Assembly: GCA_041664285.1 (NCBI GenBank)
Contig: JBAYLA010000004.1
Coordinates: forward strand, 3,171 to 67,170
Reading direction: 5' to 3'
DNA from: Minisyncoccota bacterium
Lineage (GTDB): Bacteria; Patescibacteriota; Minisyncoccia; Phycocordibacterales; UBA9973
DNA: 64,000 nucleotides
In this document: positions 28,797 to 37,792 of the stretch, one piece after another
How positions within the stretch are numbered: position 1 is the stretch's first letter
Layout of the letters: each line of letters opens with the position of its first letter
Made by a program: the position numbers and the translations under genes
Notes under the pieces: generated by a model
Told to the model about the DNA's origin: nothing
Database searches by the model: none
What the model saw: only the letters and a program-made list of their open reading frames with translations

Positions 28797-30104
28797 ATAC
28801 CCTTTTAGAAACTCTTCCTTGAATTCAAAAAAGTTGTCGTTTAAAATTGATTGCCTAATTTTTTTTACTAAGTTAACAATAAAATATAAATTATGAATGG
28901 AAGCTAATGTCCCCGCTAGCATTTCTTTCCCGTGAAAAAGGTGAGCGATGTAGGCGCGAGAATAATTCTGACAAGAATAACATTCGCAATCTTTTTCAAT
29001 CGGAGAAAAATCATTTCGATATTTTGTATTCATTATAATTATTTTTCCATTTTTAGTATAAATAGTTCCATTTCTGCCGAGACGAGTGGGTGCCACACAA
29101 TCAAAAAGATCTACTCCATTTTCAACCCCCATAAATAAATCCTCTGGTTCCCCAATGCCAAGCAAGTGACGAGGTTTTTCTTCCGGTAAAATTTCATTGA
29201 CCCATTTTACCGCAGTAGACATGTCCTCTTTCGCAAAACTTCCACCAATCCCAAAACCATCAAAATATTTTCCATCTACATTTATTTCTGAAATAATTTT
29301 TGCAGATTTCTTTCTTAAGCTCTCTTCCCTACCTCCTTGCACAATACCGAATAGCACAGGAGAAAAATCAGAAACATACTCGGGCGAACGGTCGACGTTG
29401 CGTAGCAGGAGATCCTGAGAACGAGTTTGTTTCTGATTTAATAGTTTTTGATGTTCTTCTAAACTCCTCTGCGCCCATCTGTGCGTCCTCTCTAATGCTT
29501 CTTCTTGATATTTTAAATCTTCACTCGGAGAAGTACATTCATCAAAAGCAAAAATTATATCTGCTCCAAGGTTGTGTTGAATCTGAATTGATTTTTCTGG
29601 AGTAATATAATGAATAGAACCATCTAAGTGTGATTTAAAAGAAACGCCGTCTTGTCCAATCTTCGCCAAACGAGGAGCATCACTATCATCAAAACGTTCT
29701 GGAATTAATAATGATGGGTCAGTAATTTTTGAAAGATGAATCAACTTAGAAATATCTTTTCCAAAAGCAGCCCCTAGTGAAAATACTTGAAAACCCCCAG
29801 AATCAGTCATGGTGGGACCCTTCCAATTCATAAATTTACCAATACCTCCAGCATCACGCACAATTTCATCTCCAGGCTGTAAATACAAATGATAGGTATT
29901 ACCAAGCACCACTTGGGTACCAGCGTCTTTCACCTGCTCGGGATTTAAAGATTTTACAGTAGCCTTGGTTCCTACTGCCACAAAAGCTGGAGTCAAAATA
30001 TCTCCATGAGAAGTCTGCAAAACCCCCACTCTGCCCAGATATTTTTTTCCGCCAGAGGCGGATCCGCCCTTGGCGGAAATTCTTTTTTCTATTTTAAATT
30101 GCAT
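28773..30104 (-). CDS. tgt: Queuine tRNA-ribosyltransferase (tRNA-guanine transglycosylase)
   Basis: LQTSHGDILTPAFVAVGT, GGFQVFSLG, FAFDECTS, the LFGIVQGG motif and zinc site CxCxxC (CECYSC)...H. The start ATG overlaps the mreC stop (TAATG), supporting start 30104. About 60 aa longer than typical Tgt because of two apparent insertions (see findings). Confidence 0.85.
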   Translation of the reverse strand: MQFKIEKRISAKGGSASGGKKYLGRVGVLQTSHGDILTPAFVAVGTKATVKSLNPEQVKDAGTQVVLGNTYHLYLQPGDEIVRDAGGIGKFMNWKGPTMTDSGGFQVFSLGAAFGKDISKLIHLSKITDPSLLIPERFDDSDAPRLAKIGQDGVSFKSHLDGSIHYITPEKSIQIQHNLGADIIFAFDECTSPSEDLKYQEEALERTHRWAQRSLEEHQKLLNQKQTRSQDLLLRNVDRSPEYVSDFSPVLFGIVQGGREESLRKKSAKIISEINVDGKYFDGFGIGGSFAKEDMSTAVKWVNEILPEEKPRHLLGIGEPEDLFMGVENGVDLFDCVAPTRLGRNGTIYTKNGKIIIMNTKYRNDFSPIEKDCECYSCQNYSRAYIAHLFHGKEMLAGTLASIHNLYFIVNLVKKIRQSILNDNFFEFKEEFLKGYLRMDNFS

Positions 30105-30907
30105 TATATTTCCACTTCCACAAACTTAAGCCCTTGTATATTTACCAGGCTCGTCAATAATATTTTTTTAACAGGATCTCGAAGGTCAGAAATTGTTGTA
30201 ACAACCTCAGCTAAAACATAAGGATAAATTCCTGACATCGATACTTGATCTCCTTTTTGTAAAGTGAAATCTCTAGGCAGAATCATTTCAAAATTTCCTC
30301 CGCCTCGTCCGATTAATTCCAAGAAAACATCTTTGCTAGATATAATTACTTGTGTTTTCTCACCTGTACTAGAGAAAAGAGTTACTTTGGAAGAATTATC
30401 ATAAACGAGACTCACTCGCCCGATCGGTACATTCCCTAGAGCAAAAACAATGTCTCCTTCTTTTATTCCTTGTTGTGCCCCTGCATCAATAATAAGTGTA
30501 TCGTAAATACTTTGATTGGGTTTAGATAAAATAGTAGCTAGAATCATACTTGCCTTTTCCCCTTTACGATTAAGAATTTCTTTCAAACTAACATTTTCTG
30601 CTACGACGGAATCATAATTAGAATTTCGCGCATTATTAAAATCTACCTGTGCTTGTAATTTTTGATTTTGATTATAAAGATAATTTTTAGAAATAAAATA
30701 CGAACCAATACTTTTAAATTTTTCACCAACATTCTGCCCAACAATTAAAATTGGGCGAAAAAGTACTTGACTCACACTTGAAAATCCATTGAAAATGCCA
30801 ACTCTAAAATAAAATAAAATAATTAAAGCAGCAACAAAGAGCGCAATGTTTAGAAACTTTTTTCTTTTTATTTTTTTATCTAGGAGGTAGCTCATCTTGA
30901 TTACCAA
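30104..30907 (-). CDS. mreC: Rod shape-determining protein MreC
   Basis: N-terminal TM, coiled coil, C-terminal beta domains. Directly downstream of mreB. Confidence 0.7.
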   Translation of the reverse strand: MVIKMSYLLDKKIKRKKFLNIALFVAALIILFYFRVGIFNGFSSVSQVLFRPILIVGQNVGEKFKSIGSYFISKNYLYNQNQKLQAQVDFNNARNSNYDSVVAENVSLKEILNRKGEKASMILATILSKPNQSIYDTLIIDAGAQQGIKEGDIVFALGNVPIGRVSLVYDNSSKVTLFSSTGEKTQVIISSKDVFLELIGRGGGNFEMILPRDFTLQKGDQVSMSGIYPYVLAEVVTTISDLRDPVKKILLTSLVNIQGLKFVEVEI

Positions 30908-31922
30908 TCAAAACATCTTTATAAAGTGGAAGGTCAGCTAAAATCACCCCTGTTCCACGAGCCACAGCCGAAAGTGGGTCTTCGACGACATAAACTGGAA
31001 TTTTAAGAACTTTTTGCAAAAGTTGATCGAGCCCAGGAATTAAAGCTCCTCCACCAGATAAAGTAATTCCATGATGCATTATGTCAGATAAAATCTCAGG
31101 TGGAGTCGTTTCTAACATATCCTTTATTCCTTCCACTAAATCTCTAATAGACAAAGAGAGTGCTTCACGAATATCAGAATCAGTGACAACCACTTCCCTC
31201 GGAAGCCCAGTCAGAAGATCTCTCCCGTGAACTTCTGTTTCCATATATTCTCCAGGGATAACCGAACCAATAGCAATTTTAACCATTTCTGCAGTTCTTT
31301 CTCCAATCAATATCTTAAATTCATCACGCATATATGAAATGATATCGTTGTTTAATCTATCACCAGCTATTTTTAAATTTTTTGACTTTACAATTCCACC
31401 CAAAGAGATGACGGCAATATCTGTCGTACCACCACCAATATCTATAACCATCGAGCCAACTGGATCTTTAATAGGAAGTCTAACCCCGATAGCAGCGGCC
31501 ATTGGCTCTTCCACTAGAAAAACTTCTCGGGCACCAGCGGAACGCGCAGCATCGTAAACAGCCCGCGTCTCAACATTGGTAGTGCCTGACGGTACACCAA
31601 TGAGAACTCTTGGTCGAGCTAATTTTTTGGACATTTTATCCGCTTTATTAATTAAATATGAAAGCATTTCTTCTGTTATTTCAAAATCAGATATAACCCC
31701 CTCAACCAAAGGACGAACAGCTTTGATGTGCCCAGGTGTTCGGCCAAGCATTTCTTTAGCCTGCACACCTACTGCTAAAATTTGGTTGGTCTTAATATTT
31801 ACAGCTACGACTGATGGTTCATTAATGACAATACCGTGACCTTTTAAATACACTAAGGTATTGCTAGTGCCTAAGTCTATGCCAATGTCATTGGAAATTA
31901 ATTTGTAAAATTTTTCAAACAT
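30876..31922 (-). CDS. mreB: Rod shape-determining protein MreB
   Basis: IGIDLGTSNTLVY....actin-fold phosphate motifs (DIGGGTTD). 348 aa. Confidence 0.9.
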   Translation of the reverse strand: MFEKFYKLISNDIGIDLGTSNTLVYLKGHGIVINEPSVVAVNIKTNQILAVGVQAKEMLGRTPGHIKAVRPLVEGVISDFEITEEMLSYLINKADKMSKKLARPRVLIGVPSGTTNVETRAVYDAARSAGAREVFLVEEPMAAAIGVRLPIKDPVGSMVIDIGGGTTDIAVISLGGIVKSKNLKIAGDRLNNDIISYMRDEFKILIGERTAEMVKIAIGSVIPGEYMETEVHGRDLLTGLPREVVVTDSDIREALSLSIRDLVEGIKDMLETTPPEILSDIMHHGITLSGGGALIPGLDQLLQKVLKIPVYVVEDPLSAVARGTGVILADLPLYKDVLIGNQDELPPR

Positions 31923-33183
31923 TTTTTAATATTTTTATTAATTCATCCTCAGAAACAATCTGACCTTTTTCTTCTGTGCGTTTCTTCAACTCTATTCCTT
32001 TTTCCTTCAAACTACGTGCCGAAACTACTGCTCGCCATGGCATACCAAGTAAATCTGCATCAGAAAATTTCTCTCCAGCTGATAGACCAACACGGTCATC
32101 AAATAAAACCTCGACTCCAGCCTTTAATAAATTTTCGTAAATTTTATCGGCTTCTTTTAAAACTGTTTCGTCATCCCCTAATGCAAGCAAATGGACTGAA
32201 AATGGCGCAATAGATGGTGACCAAACTATACCCTTGTCATCAGAAAGAACTTCTACTACTGTTCCCATCAACCTGCCAAGGCCTATTCCGTAACTACCCA
32301 TGATTATTAACTTTTCTTCCCCTTTTTCATTTTTATATTTTAAATCGAAAGGCGTTGAAAATTTTGTTCCGAGTGAAAAAATATTTCCTACTTCTACTGC
32401 CCTTTTTTCCACTAAATTTTCTTTCTTTAATTGAAGAGATTCTAATACTTCATCAGTATAAACTTCCTTATTGATAGCAAAACCTTTATTTTCATCAATA
32501 AAAATTGTGTCTTCTCCTGCCCCTGTCAGAGTCTGAAATTCATGTGAAAATTTTGAAAAAGATCCACCTGAAGCAAAAGTCAAATACGTCAAATGCCCAA
32601 TACCAACCCTCTCAAAAATATTTTTGTAAGCTTCTTTAGCCTTCTCGTAAAACATTTCATGCTCTTTTTCATCTTTTGAAAAAGAATAAAGTGCTTTCCA
32701 GTAAAATTCTCTTCCCCTTAAAATTCCAGACTTGCTTCTTGTTTCATTTCTAAAAATATTTTTAAAATCATACGGATACAAAGGTAAATCTTTATAAGAG
32801 TTTACATATTGCTTTAAAATACTAGAGTAGGCTTCTTCGTTGGTAAATGAGAGCCCAACTTCTCCTCCGTTTTTTAATTTTGTTTTAAACCAATTATCTA
32901 CAATTTCGTCATCCCATCTGTTTGATTTTTCCCAAATTTCTTTATTTTGAAGAACAGATGTTCTCATTTCTGTTCCACCAATTTTATCCATTTCTTCCCG
33001 AATTATATTTTCAATCTTCTTAAGAACCTTGAGTCCTAAAGGTAAATAGCTATATACCCCTGCCATTTCCTTATGGATAAAACCTCCACGAATAAGGAGC
33101 TCGGCATTCTTTGAGGTCTCATCCGCTGGTATCTCTTTTCTCGTTTTAGTAAAAAGTTTAGATTGTCTCATGCAATTAGTCAT
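31915..33183 (-). CDS. proS: Prolyl-tRNA synthetase, short form lacking the INS editing domain
   Basis: MRQSKLFTKTRKEIPADETSKNAELLIRGGFI....class II motifs and a C-terminal anticodon-binding domain. 422 aa. Confidence 0.8.
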   Translation of the reverse strand: MTNCMRQSKLFTKTRKEIPADETSKNAELLIRGGFIHKEMAGVYSYLPLGLKVLKKIENIIREEMDKIGGTEMRTSVLQNKEIWEKSNRWDDEIVDNWFKTKLKNGGEVGLSFTNEEAYSSILKQYVNSYKDLPLYPYDFKNIFRNETRSKSGILRGREFYWKALYSFSKDEKEHEMFYEKAKEAYKNIFERVGIGHLTYLTFASGGSFSKFSHEFQTLTGAGEDTIFIDENKGFAINKEVYTDEVLESLQLKKENLVEKRAVEVGNIFSLGTKFSTPFDLKYKNEKGEEKLIIMGSYGIGLGRLMGTVVEVLSDDKGIVWSPSIAPFSVHLLALGDDETVLKEADKIYENLLKAGVEVLFDDRVGLSAGEKFSDADLLGMPWRAVVSARSLKEKGIELKKRTEEKGQIVSEDELIKILKNV

Positions 33184-33286
33184 ACTTGCATCTTACCCGA
33201 AAAAAGTCCTTTTGGCAAAGATAAATCGTATCAATAAAATACAAGAAATATTTGCAAAAAGACTCGCTTTCTGCTATATTACCCAT

Positions 33287-34009
33287 ATGCAAAAAGTAGA
33301 AAACAAGAAAGACGTGGATACAATCATAGAGAAAATGTTTAAGGCTGGGGCACATTATGGCTATAGTAAAACCCGCAGGCACCCTTCTGTTTCAAAGTAT
33401 ATATACACCACCAAAAACAAAAGCGACATAATTAACCTTGAAAAAACAAGCCTACTTTTGGACGAAGCAACTTTATTTATAAAAAATTTGGGAGCCCAAA
33501 ACAAGGTTATTCTTTTTGTTGGTACAAAACCTGAAGCCAAAGTTGCAATAAAAAGTGTAGCAGAATCTTTAAATATGCCTTATGTGGTAGAAAGATGGAT
33601 AGGTGGAACACTTTCAAATTTTACAGAAATAAAAAAGAGAATTACTGAGTTAGAAAATTATCAAAAAGATATAGAAAAAGGCGGACTTGATAAATATACC
33701 AAAAAGGAACGAGTAGTCATGGCTAAAAAAATGGAAAAATTAGCAAGATACTACACTGGTTTATTGGGTTTAAAAAAGGCACCAGATGCACTTTTTGTTA
33801 TAGACGCAAAAAATGAACACATCGCAGCCACCGAAGCTCGAAAATCTGGTGTCACCGTAGTGTCTGTAGTAAATTCTGATTCAAACATTAAAGGAATTGA
33901 TTACCCTATCGTTGCAAATGACTCAGGAATACCATCTATTAAATTTTTTGCTAACGCTATTATAGATGCTTACAAAGAAGGTCAAAGCTCTACTCTAGAA
34001 AAGAAATAA
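33287..34009 (+). CDS. rpsB: 30S ribosomal protein S2
   Basis: MFKAGAHYGYSKTRRHPS...typical S2. The ORF track starts at 33170, but the Met at 33287 (MQKVENKK...) fits S2 N-termini and leaves a divergent promoter gap to proS. Confidence 0.85.
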   Translation: MQKVENKKDVDTIIEKMFKAGAHYGYSKTRRHPSVSKYIYTTKNKSDIINLEKTSLLLDEATLFIKNLGAQNKVILFVGTKPEAKVAIKSVAESLNMPYVVERWIGGTLSNFTEIKKRITELENYQKDIEKGGLDKYTKKERVVMAKKMEKLARYYTGLLGLKKAPDALFVIDAKNEHIAATEARKSGVTVVSVVNSDSNIKGIDYPIVANDSGIPSIKFFANAIIDAYKEGQSSTLEKK

Positions 34010-34014
34010 TATTT

Positions 34015-34794
34015 ATGTCAATTCAAATCACTACAGAGCAAGTAAAAGAGCTCCGAGATGCAACTGGTATTTCAGTGATGCAATGTAAGCGCGCCCTAGA
34101 AGAAGCTGAGGGTAATATGGAAAAAGCTTTAGCTATTTTGAAAAAAACAAGCTCAGATATTGCACTTAAAAAAGCTGATAGATCTTTAAATAGTGGCTCA
34201 GTCATGATAAAAAATGAAGGAAATAAAGCTTTTTTGGTAGGACTGCTCTGTGAAACAGATTTCGTTGCAAAAAATGAAGACTTCACAAATTTACTAGAAA
34301 CTCTTCTTAAAAAAGCCTTAAAAGATGGAATCGAAAAAATGAAGGGAGAGGCTAAAGAAATGATTGATCCTATAATTCAAAAAACTGGAGAAAACATTCA
34401 GCTCGGTGAAGTGTGTGAAGTGTCAGGAGAAGTATTAGGAACTTATGTGCATAATAATAAATCTGGGGTCATTGTCAGCCTAGAGGGCGGAAATGCAGAG
34501 CTAGCAAAAGACATCGCTATGCATATAACCGCAATGAAACCAGAATATATAAGAGAGGATGAAATTAGCGAAGATGCTAAAAAAACAATGAAAGAAGTTT
34601 TCGAAAAAGAAGTTGCTAGTGTAGATAAACCTGCAGACATAAAAGAAAAGATGCTTCTCGGAAAGATGACAACTTACTTCAAAGAAAAAACTTTAATAAA
34701 TCAAGCGTTTATAAAGAATGCGGAAGAGACGGTCGGGAAACTTCTAGAAAAAGCCGGGGCAAAAATCAAAGAAGTTAAAGTTTATTCAATTTAA
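34015..34794 (+). CDS. tsf: Elongation factor Ts
   Basis: ITTEQVKELRDATGISVMQCKRALEEAEGNMEKALAILKK is the UBA-like EF-Ts N-terminus. Immediately downstream of rpsB. Confidence 0.85.
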   Translation: MSIQITTEQVKELRDATGISVMQCKRALEEAEGNMEKALAILKKTSSDIALKKADRSLNSGSVMIKNEGNKAFLVGLLCETDFVAKNEDFTNLLETLLKKALKDGIEKMKGEAKEMIDPIIQKTGENIQLGEVCEVSGEVLGTYVHNNKSGVIVSLEGGNAELAKDIAMHITAMKPEYIREDEISEDAKKTMKEVFEKEVASVDKPADIKEKMLLGKMTTYFKEKTLINQAFIKNAEETVGKLLEKAGAKIKEVKVYSI

Positions 34795-34807
34795 TGAAAT
34801 AAAAATT

Positions 34808-35215
34808 ATGTATTTTCTTTTAATTTTGTTTTTTGGTTCATTTTTTGGAATTACTTTTATGATTGGTAATAAACTTTTGATGCTCCAAAATGGACAAATA
34901 AAATATGAGGAAAATACAGAAACTTTTTTAAAAGCTCAACATTTAGAAGAATTGAAACATTCAGTTATTAAAACAATTAAAAAACACAGTTATGCTGGGC
35001 TAGTCACAACAATTAGACTTTATTTTCGGGGAATATTCTTTATAAAGAATAAATACCAGAAAATAAAGATAAAAATAAAGGATATATACAGAAAAAACCC
35101 AATCAAGGATTTTGAAAACAAACAAGAAATTTCCAAATTCTTAAAAATCATTTCGGAATACAAACAAAAAATCAGGGCAATAAAACACAAAATAGAGGAA
35201 GAAGAAAATTTATAA
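34808..35215 (+). CDS. Hypothetical membrane protein, K-rich
   Basis: 135 aa with one N-terminal TM and a low-complexity Lys-rich tail. Weak support. Confidence 0.3.
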   Translation: MYFLLILFFGSFFGITFMIGNKLLMLQNGQIKYEENTETFLKAQHLEELKHSVIKTIKKHSYAGLVTTIRLYFRGIFFIKNKYQKIKIKIKDIYRKNPIKDFENKQEISKFLKIISEYKQKIRAIKHKIEEEENL

Positions 35216-35248
35216 ATATGTTAGGATAGATAAAAAATAAATAATATT

Positions 35249-35321
35249 GCCGCCTTAGCTCAGTTGGTAGAGCAACGCTTTTGTAAAGCGAAGGTCCTCA
35301 GTTCGAATCTGAGAGGCGGCT
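35249..35321 (+). tRNA. tRNA-Thr (anticodon UGU)
   Basis: Manual cloverleaf: acceptor GCCGCCU/AGGCGGC 7 bp; D-stem GCUC/GAGC; anticodon stem ACGCU/AGCGA with one 27-43 mismatch; loop UUUGUAA giving anticodon UGU; T-stem CUCAG/CUGAG; T-loop TTCGAAT; discriminator U. No encoded CCA. Confidence 0.8.
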
Positions 35322-35346
35322 CAAAGAATATCTTAAATTTTGGTAA

Positions 35347-36027
35347 CTAGTTTTTCTTTACTGGTGGTGTCGCTTGTAATTTAAAAGACTCTTTGATTCG
35401 AGATTCTAGATCATTTAAATCATGAAAACCAGTCAAAACATTGTCATTTATAACTAACGCTGGAAGTGCGGTATCTTTGATTTTATAGATTTGAAGCATA
35501 GAGGTAATGGCTGACAGGTCGGTGCTGTAATCGAAAGAATAAACGCGAAGTTCTGGATACTCAGTGCGAAGACTTGAAAGAACTAAGCTCTCTTCTTGAC
35601 ACAAACTACAATTAGCTGCTGTGGTATAAAAATAAAGAATAAATGCAGATTTTACCCCACAACGTGTAGAAATCTTCTTGGTTAATAAATAATCTTTAAT
35701 TTGTAACAATGAATAATATTTCCTTAAATAAGAAACTTCATCAGTAGCACCTAAATTTTCTTGACTCCAAGCCAACTTGCTTCCTAACTCCCCTAGTTCA
35801 TTAGAAAATACAGAATCAGAAATATTTTTACAAGAAAGTTCAGAAAGTAAAGAAAACTGAGTTTCAGAAGAAAGAATATCAATAGCTATTTTATCTTGAA
35901 TGGTTTTTAATTGATTTATTTTTTGATTGCCAAAATAATTACTTAAATAACTAGCACAAGCAAAAAGACCTACTGTAATTAATAAAACAATTAAATATTT
36001 TTTCCAATCAATGTTGTTTGAATTCAT
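35347..36027 (-). CDS. Hypothetical membrane-anchored protein with CxxC motif, possibly thioredoxin-like
   Basis: N-terminal TM, then a soluble domain containing CSLC and other Cys. No confident family assignment. Confidence 0.35.
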   Translation of the reverse strand: MNSNNIDWKKYLIVLLITVGLFACASYLSNYFGNQKINQLKTIQDKIAIDILSSETQFSLLSELSCKNISDSVFSNELGELGSKLAWSQENLGATDEVSYLRKYYSLLQIKDYLLTKKISTRCGVKSAFILYFYTTAANCSLCQEESLVLSSLRTEYPELRVYSFDYSTDLSAITSMLQIYKIKDTALPALVINDNVLTGFHDLNDLESRIKESFKLQATPPVKKN

Positions 36028-36038
36028 AATTTATCTAT

Positions 36039-37316
36039 TTATCTCCACGACGGTTTTCTTTGTAAAACAGTGTTGTAAACCGCCTTCATAAGCCAAAACG
36101 GGGCAACAAAAAGAAAAATAGGGAAAAAATAAAGCATATCTAATGATAAAGCCCATTTCCCTTTTATCATTCTTTGTCCAAAAATCATCGCAAAAATTAC
36201 TAAAAAATAAATAATAAGGATTAGGAACACAAAAGATTGCGTATTAATAAAAAATGGATCAAGGCTATAAGCTTTAAAAGAAAAATGAAAACCTATAATT
36301 TTAAATTGGGTAATCTTTAGATACAAAAAATCTCCTATGTTATAAATCACTCTGCCAAAAAGATAAAATACAGACAAGATAGAAATAACACCCATGGGCA
36401 AAGTAAATACCGCAAAATTGCCATATTTTTTTCTAAATAAAACATTTTTATAATCAATTGTGTTGTTTATAAAACCATAAATCCAACGCAATCTTTGTTT
36501 AAAAAGTTTCCCGATAGTCCCCGGTGTATTGGTATACACATGAGCATCATTACAATGCTCTATTTTATAATTATTTTTCTGCATCCGATAAGCAATTTCC
36601 ATATCTTCAGTATTGTGTCCATGTCTATAATATCCTAAATCATTAAATACCTTCTTCCTGAAAATTGTCATTGGTCCTGGAGTTACGTTGATAGCTCCTA
36701 GAAAACAAAGCATCTTTTTTAAATAAACGCCCATATTATATTCTGCCCTCTGGGCATTTTGAATAATATTTTTCGAATCAGAAACAATCACCGAAGGAGC
36801 TACTGCCATAATAGTAGGATCTTCTACAAAATAACTCATAATACGAACAAGAGATTGTGGATCCGCAAATGAATCAGCATCAAGACCACCAAAAAAATCA
36901 GTAGTGCACTGCTCTAGTCCAAAATTAAGAGCAGTATACTTACCTCCATTTTCTTTGTGAAAAACTTTTATATTTTCATGTCCTATAAATTTATTTATTA
37001 CATTCCAAGTACCATCAGTAGATCCATCGTCAATCAAAAAAATATTAAGTTTATCTTTAGGATAATTTAAATTTAGAAGTGATTGTACAGTTTTTCCAAC
37101 TGTATTTTCTTCATTCCAACAAGGAACTACAATGGTCACAGCTGGATAATTTTCCAATTTAATTTTTCCATTTCTAATCACTAATTTTTTTTTATTTTCT
37201 AGGAAGGTAATGAAAAAGAACACCTGCACATAAACAGACAAAAATACAAGAATATAAAAGATGGAATCGAAAATTGAAGACATATAATTCATTTTAATAT
37301 AGCATTTTCTAGCCAA
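36039..37316 (-). CDS. Family 2 glycosyltransferase, processive synthase-like with C-terminal TM segments
   Basis: VTIVVPCWNEE, DDGSTDGT, D,D,D plus QxxRW (QRLRW) motifs. TM helices at both ends. Confidence 0.75.
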   Translation of the reverse strand: MARKCYIKMNYMSSIFDSIFYILVFLSVYVQVFFFITFLENKKKLVIRNGKIKLENYPAVTIVVPCWNEENTVGKTVQSLLNLNYPKDKLNIFLIDDGSTDGTWNVINKFIGHENIKVFHKENGGKYTALNFGLEQCTTDFFGGLDADSFADPQSLVRIMSYFVEDPTIMAVAPSVIVSDSKNIIQNAQRAEYNMGVYLKKMLCFLGAINVTPGPMTIFRKKVFNDLGYYRHGHNTEDMEIAYRMQKNNYKIEHCNDAHVYTNTPGTIGKLFKQRLRWIYGFINNTIDYKNVLFRKKYGNFAVFTLPMGVISILSVFYLFGRVIYNIGDFLYLKITQFKIIGFHFSFKAYSLDPFFINTQSFVFLILIIYFLVIFAMIFGQRMIKGKWALSLDMLYFFPIFLFVAPFWLMKAVYNTVLQRKPSWR

Positions 37317-37330
37317 AATGTAAACAAAAA

Positions 37331-37354
37331 AGCTCCTTTAGAAAGGAGCTTTTT
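37331..37354 (-). terminator. Rho-independent terminator
   Basis: agctcctt-taga-aaggagct perfect 8-bp stem flanked by A-run and T-run. Directly downstream of the DUF378 gene on the minus strand. Confidence 0.65.
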
Positions 37355-37381
37355 AAAGGTATTTTCACTACAAAGATTGAA

Positions 37382-37666
37382 TTACATCTTTTGATCTGTA
37401 TTTTCTGCTGCACAACAAGTAGCCTGTGCCTCCTTACACTTTTTACAACAGCAACCAAAGATCTTCATAATGGCGGCAAGACCTACAAGCACATAAATAA
37501 TAGCTTCAACAATGGGAAGAGAACCAAAAATTATATTTACAACATTCCAATTACCATTCATTATCATTCCAACCCCAACTAAGCCCCAATTCAAACCTCC
37601 TATAATCAATAATATATTGGCAATCGTATTCCCAATACAACATCCTCTACATTTTGTATTAAACAT
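37382..37666 (-). CDS. DUF378-like small membrane protein with a Cys-rich C-terminus
   Basis: LIIGGLNWGLVG motif typical of DUF378. Tail GCCCKKCKEAQATCCAAE. Confidence 0.5.
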   Translation of the reverse strand: MFNTKCRGCCIGNTIANILLIIGGLNWGLVGVGMIMNGNWNVVNIIFGSLPIVEAIIYVLVGLAAIMKIFGCCCKKCKEAQATCCAAENTDQKM

Positions 37667-37792
37667 ATATTTTTAAAAAATTTCAGCCAGAGGCTGATCC
37701 GCCTTTGGCGGAAAATTATTAATAATACACTTAGTATAGCATATTTATAAAATATGATATACTGAAACATATTATTAATAATTATAAAAAAT

